DNA of 64,000 bases from Edaphobacter sp. GTDB lineage: Bacteria > Acidobacteriota > Terriglobia > Terriglobales > Acidobacteriaceae. Position numbers and translations under genes: made by a program. This document shows positions 55,340 through 64,000 of the stretch, one piece after another. Location: positions 381,757 through 445,756 of the forward strand of contig JBBCHL010000002.1 of NCBI GenBank assembly GCA_037200825.1. Reading direction: 5' to 3'. The first letter of the stretch is position 1. Each line of letters begins with the position of its first letter. The notes below the pieces were generated by a model. That model was not told where the DNA came from. It made no database searches and saw only the letters and a program-made list of their open reading frames with translations.

Positions 55340-58250
55340 GGTTAATTGGTGGTTTCGGCGTGGTTTTTTTGTGGTGGCTTGCTGGCTTGTTGCTGGTGCG
55401 GAGGTTTGGGCGGGCGGGCCACGGTGGGTTACGGGGCCTCCCTACTTTACGCAGTCGGGGACGCCAGTGGTTTGGTATACGAACTCGCCGCAGTACTTTA
55501 CTGATCCGGGGAATTTGAGTGCGAGTGTGAACCATGCTGCGGCGGATGCTCTGGTGGCAGCTGCTGCAAATGTGTGGAATGTGCCTACGGCGAGTCTGGC
55601 GCTGACGCAGGGAGGGTTGCTGGCGGAGCATGTGAGCGGGGCGAATACCTTTCTGGGGCCTTCGGGAGTGATGTTTCCGGCGGATGTGGCGAGCAGCAAT
55701 TATCAGGCGGTGCAGATTGCGGTGATCTATGACAGCGACGGGTCGATTACGGATCTGTTGTTGGGGAATGGGGCGAGTGACCCTACGAGTTGTCTGCAGA
55801 ATGGAGTGACGGAGGACGTGGACTCGATTGTGCCGGCAGGGTACATCGAACATGCGGTGCTGATGCTGAATGGAAGATGCACGGGGAGCGATCCGGCGCA
55901 GCAGACGCAGATGCAGTATCAGTTGATGCGGGCGTTTGGGCGGGTGCTGGGGCTGGGGTGGTCACAGACGAACGACAATGTTTTTACGGGGAGCCCGCAG
56001 CCGACTTTCAACCAGGCGATGTACTGGCCGGTGATGCATCCTATTGATATTTTGTGCGGGAAGTACACGTACCAGTGCATGCCGCAGCCCTTTGTGCTGA
56101 GGCCGGACGATCTTTCGGCGCTGGCGGAGCTTTATTTCATTGCCCAGGGGACAGCTCCGCCGGGGAAGATGGATAGTGGTCTGAATGCGAATCTAATGAC
56201 CGGGCAGGTGCAGTTTCCGAATGGGCAAGGGATGCAGGGGGTGAATGTGTTGGCGCGGCGATGGGCGCAGTTTACGGCCCCTTCGGCGATTGAGGACTGG
56301 TATACGGCGTCTTCGGTGTCGGGATTTATTTTTCGGCAGTCCAATGGGAATCCAGTGGCGGGCGCGGATACTTCGTTTGCAGGGAGCCAGGGGACGGAGG
56401 GGCAGGGAGAGGAGGGGTACTACCTGATCGAACGGGTTCCGATGCTGCCGGGAGGGTGGCAGGTTGTCTTTCTGGAGACGGAGCCGATCAATCCGCTGTA
56501 TACGGGGGCGTATGCGGTGGGACCGTATGTATCGAACACGGTGGAGCCTTCGGGGAGCGATCCGATGGTGGAAGAAGAGGTTCTTGTCAGCTACGCGTGG
56601 AGCTGGTGGACGTTCGGTCAGATTGGTGCGGCGAGCGGATGCAATGCAGGAGGGGATGGAACGGAGTCTTCTCCGGCGGCGGCGAATGGGTTGGGTTGGT
56701 GGGCGGCGATGCTTTGCGGCTATGGACATTCGGCGTGGAGCTCGCTGAGCGTGAAGGGAGGGCGGTCGCTGACGGTGGAGGTGACGGCGGAGGATGAGCA
56801 GGGGTTTGCGACGACGGCGAAGGCGATGCCGGTGATTGGGATTTGGAATGCGACGGATGCGCTGGGGTCGCTGCCGGGAGTTGCGGGCGCGGGGGAGGCG
56901 TTCAACGGGCAGGGTACAGGGATGACAACGCTGACGACGTCGTTTGCGCAGGCGGATCAGCTTCGGATTGCGATTGCAGATGAGCGAGGGGATGGGCGGC
57001 CGGATTTTAATTACCAGGCCCGGGTGTTGTATGCAGATTCGGTGAGTCCGGCTGCGGTGCGTTCGGCGGGTGGGGTAGTGACGATTACGGGGATGGGGTT
57101 TCGAACGGGGAATGCGGTGCTGGTGAATGGGGTTGCGGCTACGGTTTCGAGCTGGACGGCGAATACGATTGTGGCGCGGGTGCCTTCGCTGAATGCTTTG
57201 GGGTCGAGCACAGCGCTGACTGCGGATGTTACGGTGGAAGACTTGTCTACCGGTGGAACTACGGTGATGACGCAGGCGCTAAGCTACTCGGCTCCGGTGC
57301 CTGCGCTGAGTTTATTGAGTGCGCCTTCGGGGACGGTGATTGTCGGGCAGCAGGCGGGAGTTCCGTTTGCGGTGCAGGTGCTGGGTGGGGATGGAGTGAC
57401 TCCAGTGGTGGGCAAAGCGGTGACGTTCAGTGCGACTGCGGGAACGGTAACGTTTGCGGCTTGTGGGGCGGCTGTTTGTACTTTGCGGACGAACGCGCAG
57501 GGGATTGCTTCTACTTTTGTGACTGCGGGGGCCGCTGGTGCGATTGCTTTGCAGGCTGTCGGGGTGGATGGCACGGCTACGGCTTTGTTTAATGCGGTTG
57601 TGCAGGTGAGGACGGCTGTTGCAGTGCAGGCGATGGAGTACATTGCCGCTGGGTCGACGTTTGGATGGACGGCGCAGATGGGGATTGCTGATAATACGGT
57701 TTCGACTGTGGGAGTGGCGGTTAACTGGCAGACGATCTCGGGGCCGGTTGTGGAGTCTCCGGGGCAGTCGTTAGCGAATGCTGCTGGGGTTGCCGAGACT
57801 TTGGCTACGGTTGGGCCGCTGGCAGGAGGCGCGCAGGCTGTTTTTTCAGGATGCGCTTGGACGAGTGTTTGTGCTGAGTTTACGGTGCGGGGAGTCGATG
57901 CGGCGGCGTTGCGGGTGGCGGTGGTGAGTGGTGGAGGGCAGACAATTTCTGCGGGTGGAAGCTTCAGTCCGGTCGTGGTGCAGGTGACGGATGCGGCTTC
58001 GCATCCGGTCGCGGGCGCGGTGGTGGGGATTTATCAGACGGTGGATGCTTGGCAGCCGGCTTGTCCGGATCGGGGGAGATGCCCGATTGCGCCGGTGCTG
58101 GCTTCTTCGCAAGGTTCGGCGACTTCGGATGCGAATGGTCTGGTGACGGTGATGCCAGAGCAGATCTCGGGTGTGGCAGGGATGACGAATCTTGCTTTGT
58201 CTGTGGGGACGCAGGGGTTTGTGGCGCTGAGTTTTCAGACGGTGCCTTAG
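55326..58250 (+). CDS. Secreted IPT/TIG and Ig-like domain protein with a degenerate matrixin-like domain
   Basis: Signal peptide; RAFGRVLGLGWS + PVMHP + LRPDDLSALAELY; IPT GGVVTITGMGF…VLVNGVAATV; Ig-like repeats. Confidence 0.8.
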   Translation: MRLREVNWWFRRGFFVVACWLVAGAEVWAGGPRWVTGPPYFTQSGTPVVWYTNSPQYFTDPGNLSASVNHAAADALVAAAANVWNVPTASLALTQGGLLAEHVSGANTFLGPSGVMFPADVASSNYQAVQIAVIYDSDGSITDLLLGNGASDPTSCLQNGVTEDVDSIVPAGYIEHAVLMLNGRCTGSDPAQQTQMQYQLMRAFGRVLGLGWSQTNDNVFTGSPQPTFNQAMYWPVMHPIDILCGKYTYQCMPQPFVLRPDDLSALAELYFIAQGTAPPGKMDSGLNANLMTGQVQFPNGQGMQGVNVLARRWAQFTAPSAIEDWYTASSVSGFIFRQSNGNPVAGADTSFAGSQGTEGQGEEGYYLIERVPMLPGGWQVVFLETEPINPLYTGAYAVGPYVSNTVEPSGSDPMVEEEVLVSYAWSWWTFGQIGAASGCNAGGDGTESSPAAANGLGWWAAMLCGYGHSAWSSLSVKGGRSLTVEVTAEDEQGFATTAKAMPVIGIWNATDALGSLPGVAGAGEAFNGQGTGMTTLTTSFAQADQLRIAIADERGDGRPDFNYQARVLYADSVSPAAVRSAGGVVTITGMGFRTGNAVLVNGVAATVSSWTANTIVARVPSLNALGSSTALTADVTVEDLSTGGTTVMTQALSYSAPVPALSLLSAPSGTVIVGQQAGVPFAVQVLGGDGVTPVVGKAVTFSATAGTVTFAACGAAVCTLRTNAQGIASTFVTAGAAGAIALQAVGVDGTATALFNAVVQVRTAVAVQAMEYIAAGSTFGWTAQMGIADNTVSTVGVAVNWQTISGPVVESPGQSLANAAGVAETLATVGPLAGGAQAVFSGCAWTSVCAEFTVRGVDAAALRVAVVSGGGQTISAGGSFSPVVVQVTDAASHPVAGAVVGIYQTVDAWQPACPDRGRCPIAPVLASSQGSATSDANGLVTVMPEQISGVAGMTNLALSVGTQGFVALSFQTVP

Positions 58251-58291
58251 GTTTGTTTGCGTAATCGAGGCGGCTGGGCAGGTGTTTACTT

Positions 58292-58326
58292 CCCGCCCTT
58301 CGCAAATGCGCGAAGGATGGGGTGCC
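58292..58326. repeat. REP-like hairpin
   Basis: CCC-GC-CCTTCGC-aaatgc-GCGAAGG-AT-GGG. Confidence 0.55.
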
Positions 58327-58500
58327 TGGGCAGTTGTGCCCTGGGTACGATGTGAAAATTAGGCGTTGTTGTAACCCGGTCTTGCCTATGGCATCGAACA
58401 AGTGGACTGTCTGCGGGAAACGGTAAGCTAAAAGAGTGGTTCGGCCCCGCTCTTGATTGAGAACGTCTGACAGCTAAGTTGATTTTGAGGAGTCTGGACT

Positions 58501-59874
58501 ATGGGAAATACCGGAAGCGGTGGGGAGCGCAAACGGGTTGTGATTCTGGGGGGAGGGTTTGCGGGGATCAACGCTGCGATGAGCGTTGCGAAGCTGCCGG
58601 TCGATGTTACGTTGGTGGACCGGAGGAACTATCATCTGTTCCAGCCGCTGCTGTACCAGGTTGCGCTGGCCGTGCTGTCGCCGGCGGATATTGCGCAGCC
58701 GATTCGTTCGCTGTTTCGTGGTCATCCGAATGTTGAAGTGCTGATGGATGAGGCAGTGGGGTTCGATCTGCCTAAGCGGCTGGTGAACCTGAAGACCGGG
58801 GTGGAGCTGGAGTATGACTTCCTCATTGTGGCTACGGGGTCGACGCACTCGTACTTCGGGAGAGATGACTGGGCGAAGCTTGCGCCTGGGCTGAAGATGG
58901 TGGAGGACGCGACCGAGATTCGGCGGCGGGTGCTGCTGGCGTTTGAGCTGGCAGAGCGGGAGATGATGGAGAAGGGGACGCATCCGGCGCTGAACTTCGT
59001 GATTATCGGGGGAGGGCCGACGGGGGTAGAGCTGGCGGGGGCGATCAGCGATATTGCGAAGCTTTATATGGCGAAGGACTTTCGGCATATCGATCCATCG
59101 ATGGCGAAGGTGCTGATTCTTGAGGGGTCGCCGAGTATTCTTGCGGCCTATCCGCCGGACCTGCAGCGCAAGGCGGGGGAGCAGTTGAATGCGCTGGGTG
59201 TGCAGTTCCGGACCAATGCGCATGTGAGCGATGTGCAGCCGGGGTATGTGATGGTGGGGGATGAGCGGATTGATTCTGTCGTGACTTTGTGGGCGGCGGG
59301 TGTGCAGGCTTCGCCTCTGGGGAAGATGCTTGGCGTACCGACGGATAAACGTGGATGCGTATTTGTGGATGGGCATCTGAATCCTCCAGTGCATCCGGAG
59401 ATTTTTGTGTGCGGCGACCTGGCGCATGTGGAGGAGAATGGGCGGCAGGTTCCCGGCGTGGCGCAACCAGCGATGCAGATGGGGCGTTATGCGGCGAAGC
59501 GCATTGCGCGGCTGCTGGCATCGGGGAGGGGAAGCGATGGCAGCGGAGTGGAGGAAGACTTTCACTACTTCGATAAGGGAGATATGGCGACGATTGGGCG
59601 GAAGGCTGCTGTGGCAGATATCAAGTGGCCGTTCAAGGGGCGCTGGAGCGGCTTTCCAGCGTGGGTGACGTGGCTGACGGTGCATATCTTCTTTTTGATT
59701 GGATTTCGAAACAGACTGTCGGTATTTCGGCAGTGGGCGTGGACGTATCTGACGTTCAGCGATGGAGCGCGGCTGATTACCGGCTCGCAGGAGCTGCCGG
59801 GGTGGGGTGTGGTAGACCATCCGAGCGAAGATCTGACGACGAGGCCGGTGGATATGGTTTCGCCTAAGACTTAG
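58501..59874 (+). CDS. ndh: Type II NADH dehydrogenase-like FAD oxidoreductase
   Basis: GGGFAG, HLFQPLLYQVA, GGGPTGVELAG, WAAGV, VAQPAMQMG, DKGDMATIGR. Confidence 0.92.
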   Translation: MGNTGSGGERKRVVILGGGFAGINAAMSVAKLPVDVTLVDRRNYHLFQPLLYQVALAVLSPADIAQPIRSLFRGHPNVEVLMDEAVGFDLPKRLVNLKTGVELEYDFLIVATGSTHSYFGRDDWAKLAPGLKMVEDATEIRRRVLLAFELAEREMMEKGTHPALNFVIIGGGPTGVELAGAISDIAKLYMAKDFRHIDPSMAKVLILEGSPSILAAYPPDLQRKAGEQLNALGVQFRTNAHVSDVQPGYVMVGDERIDSVVTLWAAGVQASPLGKMLGVPTDKRGCVFVDGHLNPPVHPEIFVCGDLAHVEENGRQVPGVAQPAMQMGRYAAKRIARLLASGRGSDGSGVEEDFHYFDKGDMATIGRKAAVADIKWPFKGRWSGFPAWVTWLTVHIFFLIGFRNRLSVFRQWAWTYLTFSDGARLITGSQELPGWGVVDHPSEDLTTRPVDMVSPKT

Positions 59875-59898
59875 TGGTGATTTTATTAGGGAAAAGAG

Positions 59899-59926
59899 AA
59901 AGGGCAGCGACGAGTCGCCACCCTTT
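59899..59926. terminator. Bidirectional terminator between convergent genes
   Basis: AAAGGG-CA-GCGAC…GTCGC-CA-CCCTTT, flanked by A/T runs. Confidence 0.6.
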
Positions 59927-59945
59927 GTTGGTTGAGAGCTTCGGG

Positions 59946-62006
59946 TCAGGGTCTGACGCCGTAGTTCCCCTTCGCGAGAACAGGTACGGTGGGAGCGGCG
60001 ACGCCGAGGATCTGGACTACGGGAGCAGGCGATCCGGTTGAGGTTGCGTTTACAGTCCACAGAGCTCCGGCGGCGTCGATGGCGAGGGTACGGGGGGCGC
60101 TGGTTGAGATGAGGCCGCTCGGAGTTGAGGAAGCCACTGGATTGATGGAGTTGGTCTGGTTGTTGGCGGGGTTGAACCCATTGCCTTCTGCGGTGAGGTA
60201 GAAGGTTCCAGGATTGCCGCCGGTGGTGCCGATGGAGGGATCGAATTCAACGATCATTCCGGCGGAGAAGCTGGAGATGAAGATGTGGTTGTTGCCATCG
60301 ACCATGAGGGAGCGTGGGTTGTAGAGTCCGCAACCGTGAAGCGGTCCGCAGACTGTTCCTGTGCCTGCAGTCACGGTCGGCTGGTAGGTTGCCTGGAGCA
60401 CGGATGGGGTGCCGTGGGGAGACATGAAGAGATGGCTGCCGTTGGCTCCAGAGCCGGTGCCGGCGATCCAGGCATTCCCATTTTTGTCGATGGCTACAGC
60501 ATAGTTGGTGGTGTCTCCGGTAGTGAGAGAGGGAGGAGCAACGTTGTAGGGAGGCAGGAAGTAGTTGGTGGCACCTGCGGTTTGATTCGGGGCCCAGACA
60601 TTGTTGGTGATTGCGTCGACGGTCAGTGTGTAGGCTCCGGTGCCGGGAAGGGCGGAGCTAACGGAGAAGGTGGTGGGTGTTGTCGCGAAGGTGCCGGTTC
60701 CAGGGTTATAGGCGAGTTGACCGAAGGCCTGGCCCGAGGTTGCGGAGCTTCTGCTGGAGAACCAGAGGTTGTTGCTGGAGTCGATGGCGACGCCTGAGAG
60801 CGCGAGGCCGCCTGGCTGAATGACCGTGGTGGCGGTGGTGGCCGGGTTGAAGATATAGACGTTGGGTGTGGAGGCGCTATCGACGGTGATGATATTGCCG
60901 TGGAGATCGGGGGCAACCTGGTGGGTGAAGGCTGCCTTGAGGGTGGCGTTGCCATAGCCGCCCGCGGCTGGAGATTCGAGAGTGCCGTTGCTGGAGAGCT
61001 CGGCTAATCCGGCAGCGGTCATACCGGTAACCCAGATATTGTCATTTGCGTCGGCGGCGATGCCGAAGGGGAAGGTTGCCGTGGTGGCTCCATCGGTTTC
61101 AAGTCCCGCGGTATAGAGGACGCCGACGGATAGATCGTTGGGAGCGGTGGAACCGAGGGTGGGCTGGAACGACGGAGTGCCGAGGATCAGGCCGTAGAGC
61201 GTCGCTGTGTTGTTGCCGGGGTACTGCGCCATGTCAAGCGCAGCCTGCCAGATGTTGGTGGGTGCAGAGATGCCGGTGACAGATGGCGGGGTGGCGTTGG
61301 TGAAGAGCGTGGTGCAGGGGGTGCTGCCGGGTGAGGCAGAGTTGACGCAGGGCTCGAGGATGTCGGCGAGGCTGTTGATGAGGCTGGCAGGCACGGTGCC
61401 GTTGCCTGCGGGCGTGGTAGTGCGGGCGGTGCCTGTCGGATAGTCGACGATGTTGGCGGCGTTCAGGAAGGCGTGCTGGAGACCGAGCGGATTGGTGGAG
61501 CTGGTGCCGATGTTGACGCCGTTGGCGAATCCGCTGAGCGCGTAGGCTGCGGCGATGGTGGTGACCTCGTTGATGTTGATGAAGGTGCTGGAGCTTACCG
61601 AGGAGCAGTTGCCGAGGGCGGCGACGAGGACGATGGCAGAGTTGTTAGTTGAAGGACTGATGCCGGGGTTGCCACCGGAGGCGACGAGGTAGACCTGTTG
61701 CGGGTCTCCGCAGCCTATGGCGTTGGTGATGTTGAAGGAGCCGGTCGAGTCGGTGGTTGCGGTGCCGAGGACCGTTCCGGTGGAGCCGTAGCCGGATTGT
61801 CCGGTGGCATACAAGGTGATGCTTGCCCCGGTGACTGGGGGCTGGCCACCGAAGGCGGCTCCCTTGATGTTCAGGGAGTGCGCGGTGGTATCGGTAAAGG
61901 GCTGGGTAGCGCAGCCGGTGAAGAATAAGGCAGAGACTGAAAAGAGAGCAAGAGCCGCAGGCTTCAGGGCCTTGCGGGATGGGCTATTCGCTGATTGAGT
62001 GCGCAA
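59946..62006 (-). CDS. NHL-repeat/beta-propeller surface lipoprotein
   Basis: TTG start after GGAGG; lipobox-like LFFTGC; repeats [46 protein letters not shown]. Confidence 0.82.
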   Translation of the reverse strand: MRTQSANSPSRKALKPAALALFSVSALFFTGCATQPFTDTTAHSLNIKGAAFGGQPPVTGASITLYATGQSGYGSTGTVLGTATTDSTGSFNITNAIGCGDPQQVYLVASGGNPGISPSTNNSAIVLVAALGNCSSVSSSTFININEVTTIAAAYALSGFANGVNIGTSSTNPLGLQHAFLNAANIVDYPTGTARTTTPAGNGTVPASLINSLADILEPCVNSASPGSTPCTTLFTNATPPSVTGISAPTNIWQAALDMAQYPGNNTATLYGLILGTPSFQPTLGSTAPNDLSVGVLYTAGLETDGATTATFPFGIAADANDNIWVTGMTAAGLAELSSNGTLESPAAGGYGNATLKAAFTHQVAPDLHGNIITVDSASTPNVYIFNPATTATTVIQPGGLALSGVAIDSSNNLWFSSRSSATSGQAFGQLAYNPGTGTFATTPTTFSVSSALPGTGAYTLTVDAITNNVWAPNQTAGATNYFLPPYNVAPPSLTTGDTTNYAVAIDKNGNAWIAGTGSGANGSHLFMSPHGTPSVLQATYQPTVTAGTGTVCGPLHGCGLYNPRSLMVDGNNHIFISSFSAGMIVEFDPSIGTTGGNPGTFYLTAEGNGFNPANNQTNSINPVASSTPSGLISTSAPRTLAIDAAGALWTVNATSTGSPAPVVQILGVAAPTVPVLAKGNYGVRP

Positions 62007-62244
62007 ACTTTCCTCCGGGGGTTGTTGGAACTCATAGAGATCACCGGTGAATGGCGAAGTGCCAGGCCCGTAGTTGTCCATTCTCAACGACCTTAGACGG
62101 TCGATGACGATTGTCCATTAAAGTGGCGATAATTTCTCAGATTTTTTTATTCGACGGGTACAGATCATGTTCCTCGGTGCCGGAATGGGCTTTTGAACGG
62201 GAGTTCTGTTGCGTTGATGAGGATGGTTCGCCGTATCCAAAAGG

Positions 62245-62270
62245 AAAGAGCCGCACGATGGCGGCTCTTT
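62245..62270. terminator. Terminator downstream of the aldo/keto reductase gene
   Basis: Perfect 10-bp stem AAAGAGCCGC-acgatg-GCGGCTCTTT. Confidence 0.75.
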
Positions 62271-62291
62271 TGGTCTGCGGATTGCTCGTGG

Positions 62292-63164
62292 CTATTTCGC
62301 GGCAGCCTCGATGTCTGTCCATTCGGCGGCGGACAGTTTGACTGAGGCTGCGGCTATGTTTTCTTCAACATGCTCTACGGAGGAGGTTCCGGGGATGGGC
62401 AACATGACTGGCGAGTGGTGGAGTAGCCAGGCGAGGGAGAGCTGGGAGATGGTGGCTCCGTGGGCTTTGGCTACTGAATCGAGTTTGCCGCCGGGCCGGG
62501 CGAGCTTTCCGGCGGCGACAGGGAACCACGGGATGAAGGCGATCTTGTGCTTGGTGCAGTAGTCGACGACGTCCTCGTGCTGGCGGTCGCCGAGGTTGTA
62601 CTGGTTCTGGACGCTGACGATGTCGATGACCTTGCGGGCCTGGTCGATCTCGTGAGGTTTAACCTCGCTGAGGCCTACGTGACGGATTTTGCCCTGCTCC
62701 TGGAGCTTTTTGATGGCTCCAAGGGACTCCTCGACGGGGACTTTGGGGTCGATGCGGTGGAGCTGCCAGAGATCGATGCGCTCGAGCTTGAGACGGCGGA
62801 GGCTCATCTCGACCTGCTGAACGAGGTACTCGGGCCGGCCTACGGGGATCCATTGGTTGGGACCCTGCCGTGTGAATCCGGCTTTGGTGGCGATGACGAC
62901 GCCCTTTGTGTAGGGCGCGAGGGCTTCGCCGATAAGCTGTTCGCTGACCTCGGGGCCGTAGGAGTCGGCGGTGTCGATGAAGTTGACGCCGAGCTCGACA
63001 GCGCGACGGAGAACTTTTTTCGCTGTGTCGCGGTCTTTGGGCTCGCCCCAGATGCCTTCACCGGTGATGCGCATGGCGCCGTAGCCGAGGCGGTGGATGT
63101 TTAGATCGCCGCCGAGTGAGAAAGTACCGCTTGCCGCTGCGTTGACTGCTGTTGTGGTTGCCAT
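62292..63164 (-). CDS. Aldo/keto reductase
   Basis: [49 protein letters not shown]. Confidence 0.95.
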   Translation of the reverse strand: MATTTAVNAAASGTFSLGGDLNIHRLGYGAMRITGEGIWGEPKDRDTAKKVLRRAVELGVNFIDTADSYGPEVSEQLIGEALAPYTKGVVIATKAGFTRQGPNQWIPVGRPEYLVQQVEMSLRRLKLERIDLWQLHRIDPKVPVEESLGAIKKLQEQGKIRHVGLSEVKPHEIDQARKVIDIVSVQNQYNLGDRQHEDVVDYCTKHKIAFIPWFPVAAGKLARPGGKLDSVAKAHGATISQLSLAWLLHHSPVMLPIPGTSSVEHVEENIAAASVKLSAAEWTDIEAAAK

Positions 63165-64000
63165 GCCCTATGGGATGCAGGATAGAGGTGCATGGTTTCG
63201 CCCTCTTCGAGGACTTTTACCTGATCTTCAATCCCGAGGCGGATGGCTTCGGCGTCGAGGCGCTGGAGCGGCTCGTCCATAGGTTCGCGGCCAAGGCGGA
63301 AGGTTCCGTAGTGCATGGGGATCATCTGCTGGGCGCCGAGGTCGACGAAGCCGCGAACGGCTTCCTCGGGGCTGGTGTGGACGGAGCGGTACGTGTCAGG
63401 GAAATAGGCTCCGATGGGCAGCAAGGCGATCTCGGGATGGAGGCGGTTGCCGATCTCGCGGAAGCCGTCGAAGTAGGCTGTGTCGCCGGAGTGATAGAGC
63501 GAGTGGCCCGCTGCTTCAATGACATAGCCGCCGTAGCCGCGGTGGGTGTCGCGGAAGATGCGTGCGCCCCAGTGGCGGCAGGGGGTCATGGTTATCTTGA
63601 GACCCTGCACTGCGGCAGACTGCCACCATTCGAGACGATGGACGGCGGAGAAGCCCAGTCCTTCGACGAGGTCTTCGACTCCGCGAGGGACGACAACCTC
63701 GGGGGAACGTCCGGAGAGACGGCGGGTGGCCCGGATGACTCGCCGGAGGGAGGCGAGGTCGAGGTGGTCCATGTGGGCGTGGGTCAGGAGGATGAGGTCG
63801 ATGGGCGGCAGGTCGATCACTGCGACGCCGGGATTGCGCTGACGGCGCAGCACAATCAATCGTTTAGAGAAGACGGGGTCGACGAGGACTTTGCGCCCGG
63901 CGATCTGGAGCAAAAAGGAGGAGTGGCCAATGAAGGTGATGCCGAGGTCGTCGCGGCCGACGAGTTGGACGGGCCGGGACGTCCCTGCGATTGGTTGTTC
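63101..64000 (-). CDS. MBL-fold metallo-hydrolase (NAPE-PLD/RomA-like), 5' end outside the window
   Basis: [43 protein letters not shown]. Confidence 0.9.
   Translation of the reverse strand, partial: EQPIAGTSRPVQLVGRDDLGITFIGHSSFLLQIAGRKVLVDPVFSKRLIVLRRQRNPGVAVIDLPPIDLILLTHAHMDHLDLASLRRVIRATRRLSGRSPEVVVPRGVEDLVEGLGFSAVHRLEWWQSAAVQGLKITMTPCRHWGARIFRDTHRGYGGYVIEAAGHSLYHSGDTAYFDGFREIGNRLHPEIALLPIGAYFPDTYRSVHTSPEEAVRGFVDLGAQQMIPMHYGTFRLGREPMDEPLQRLDAEAIRLGIEDQVKVLEEGETMHLYPASHRAWQPQQQSTQRQAVLSHSAAI
63173..63199 (-). promoter_or_regulatory. ECF-like promoter GAAAC-N16-GCATCC, 8 nt before the ATG (leaderless)
   Basis: Minus strand GAAAC catgcacctctatcct GCATCC catagggc ATG. Confidence 0.6.

Noticed and set aside
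62010-62240. Riboswitch upstream of the NHL lipoprotein (AATGGACAA twice, CGACC/GGTCG hairpin)
   Set aside because: Does not match any riboswitch consensus I can recognise; an Rfam search is needed

Overview
64-kb window of a high-GC bacterial chromosome, most likely Acidobacteriota subdivision 1 (inferred from an Oar-like TonB receptor, NHL/IPT surface proteins and the style of the intergenic repeats). It appears to be a long-read assembly: about 20 single-base indels, mostly in homopolymers, split genes. Contents in order: end of an S9 peptidase, recX, hslR and a DUF429-like nuclease-fold gene; an 8-gene MoxR/DUF58/vWA/DUF4159/DUF4175-like operon that also carries a caspase-like and a TPR-metallopeptidase gene; an orphan OmpR regulator; a co-oriented catabolic cluster (2x signal-peptide DUF2891, hydantoinase/oxoprolinase A+B, MFS, TonB receptor, class-A beta-lactamase-fold hydrolase), my best candidate for an undescribed system; a stress block (ABC exporter, short cyclic beta-1,2-glucan synthase lacking GH94, Ku, LigD, GlgE, TreS-Mak), several genes of which share an ECF-like promoter motif; alaS; an IS481-derived MITE at an abrupt G/C-skew switch; trxB; an OB-fold/pseudo-metzincin-IPT pair; ndh; an NHL lipoprotein; an aldo/keto reductase; and an MBL hydrolase. 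Several REP-like families occur, and one has inserted twice, in two different reading frames, inside the TreS-Mak coding sequence. No rRNA, tRNA or CRISPR array was seen. All family calls come from motif recognition; no database searches were run.
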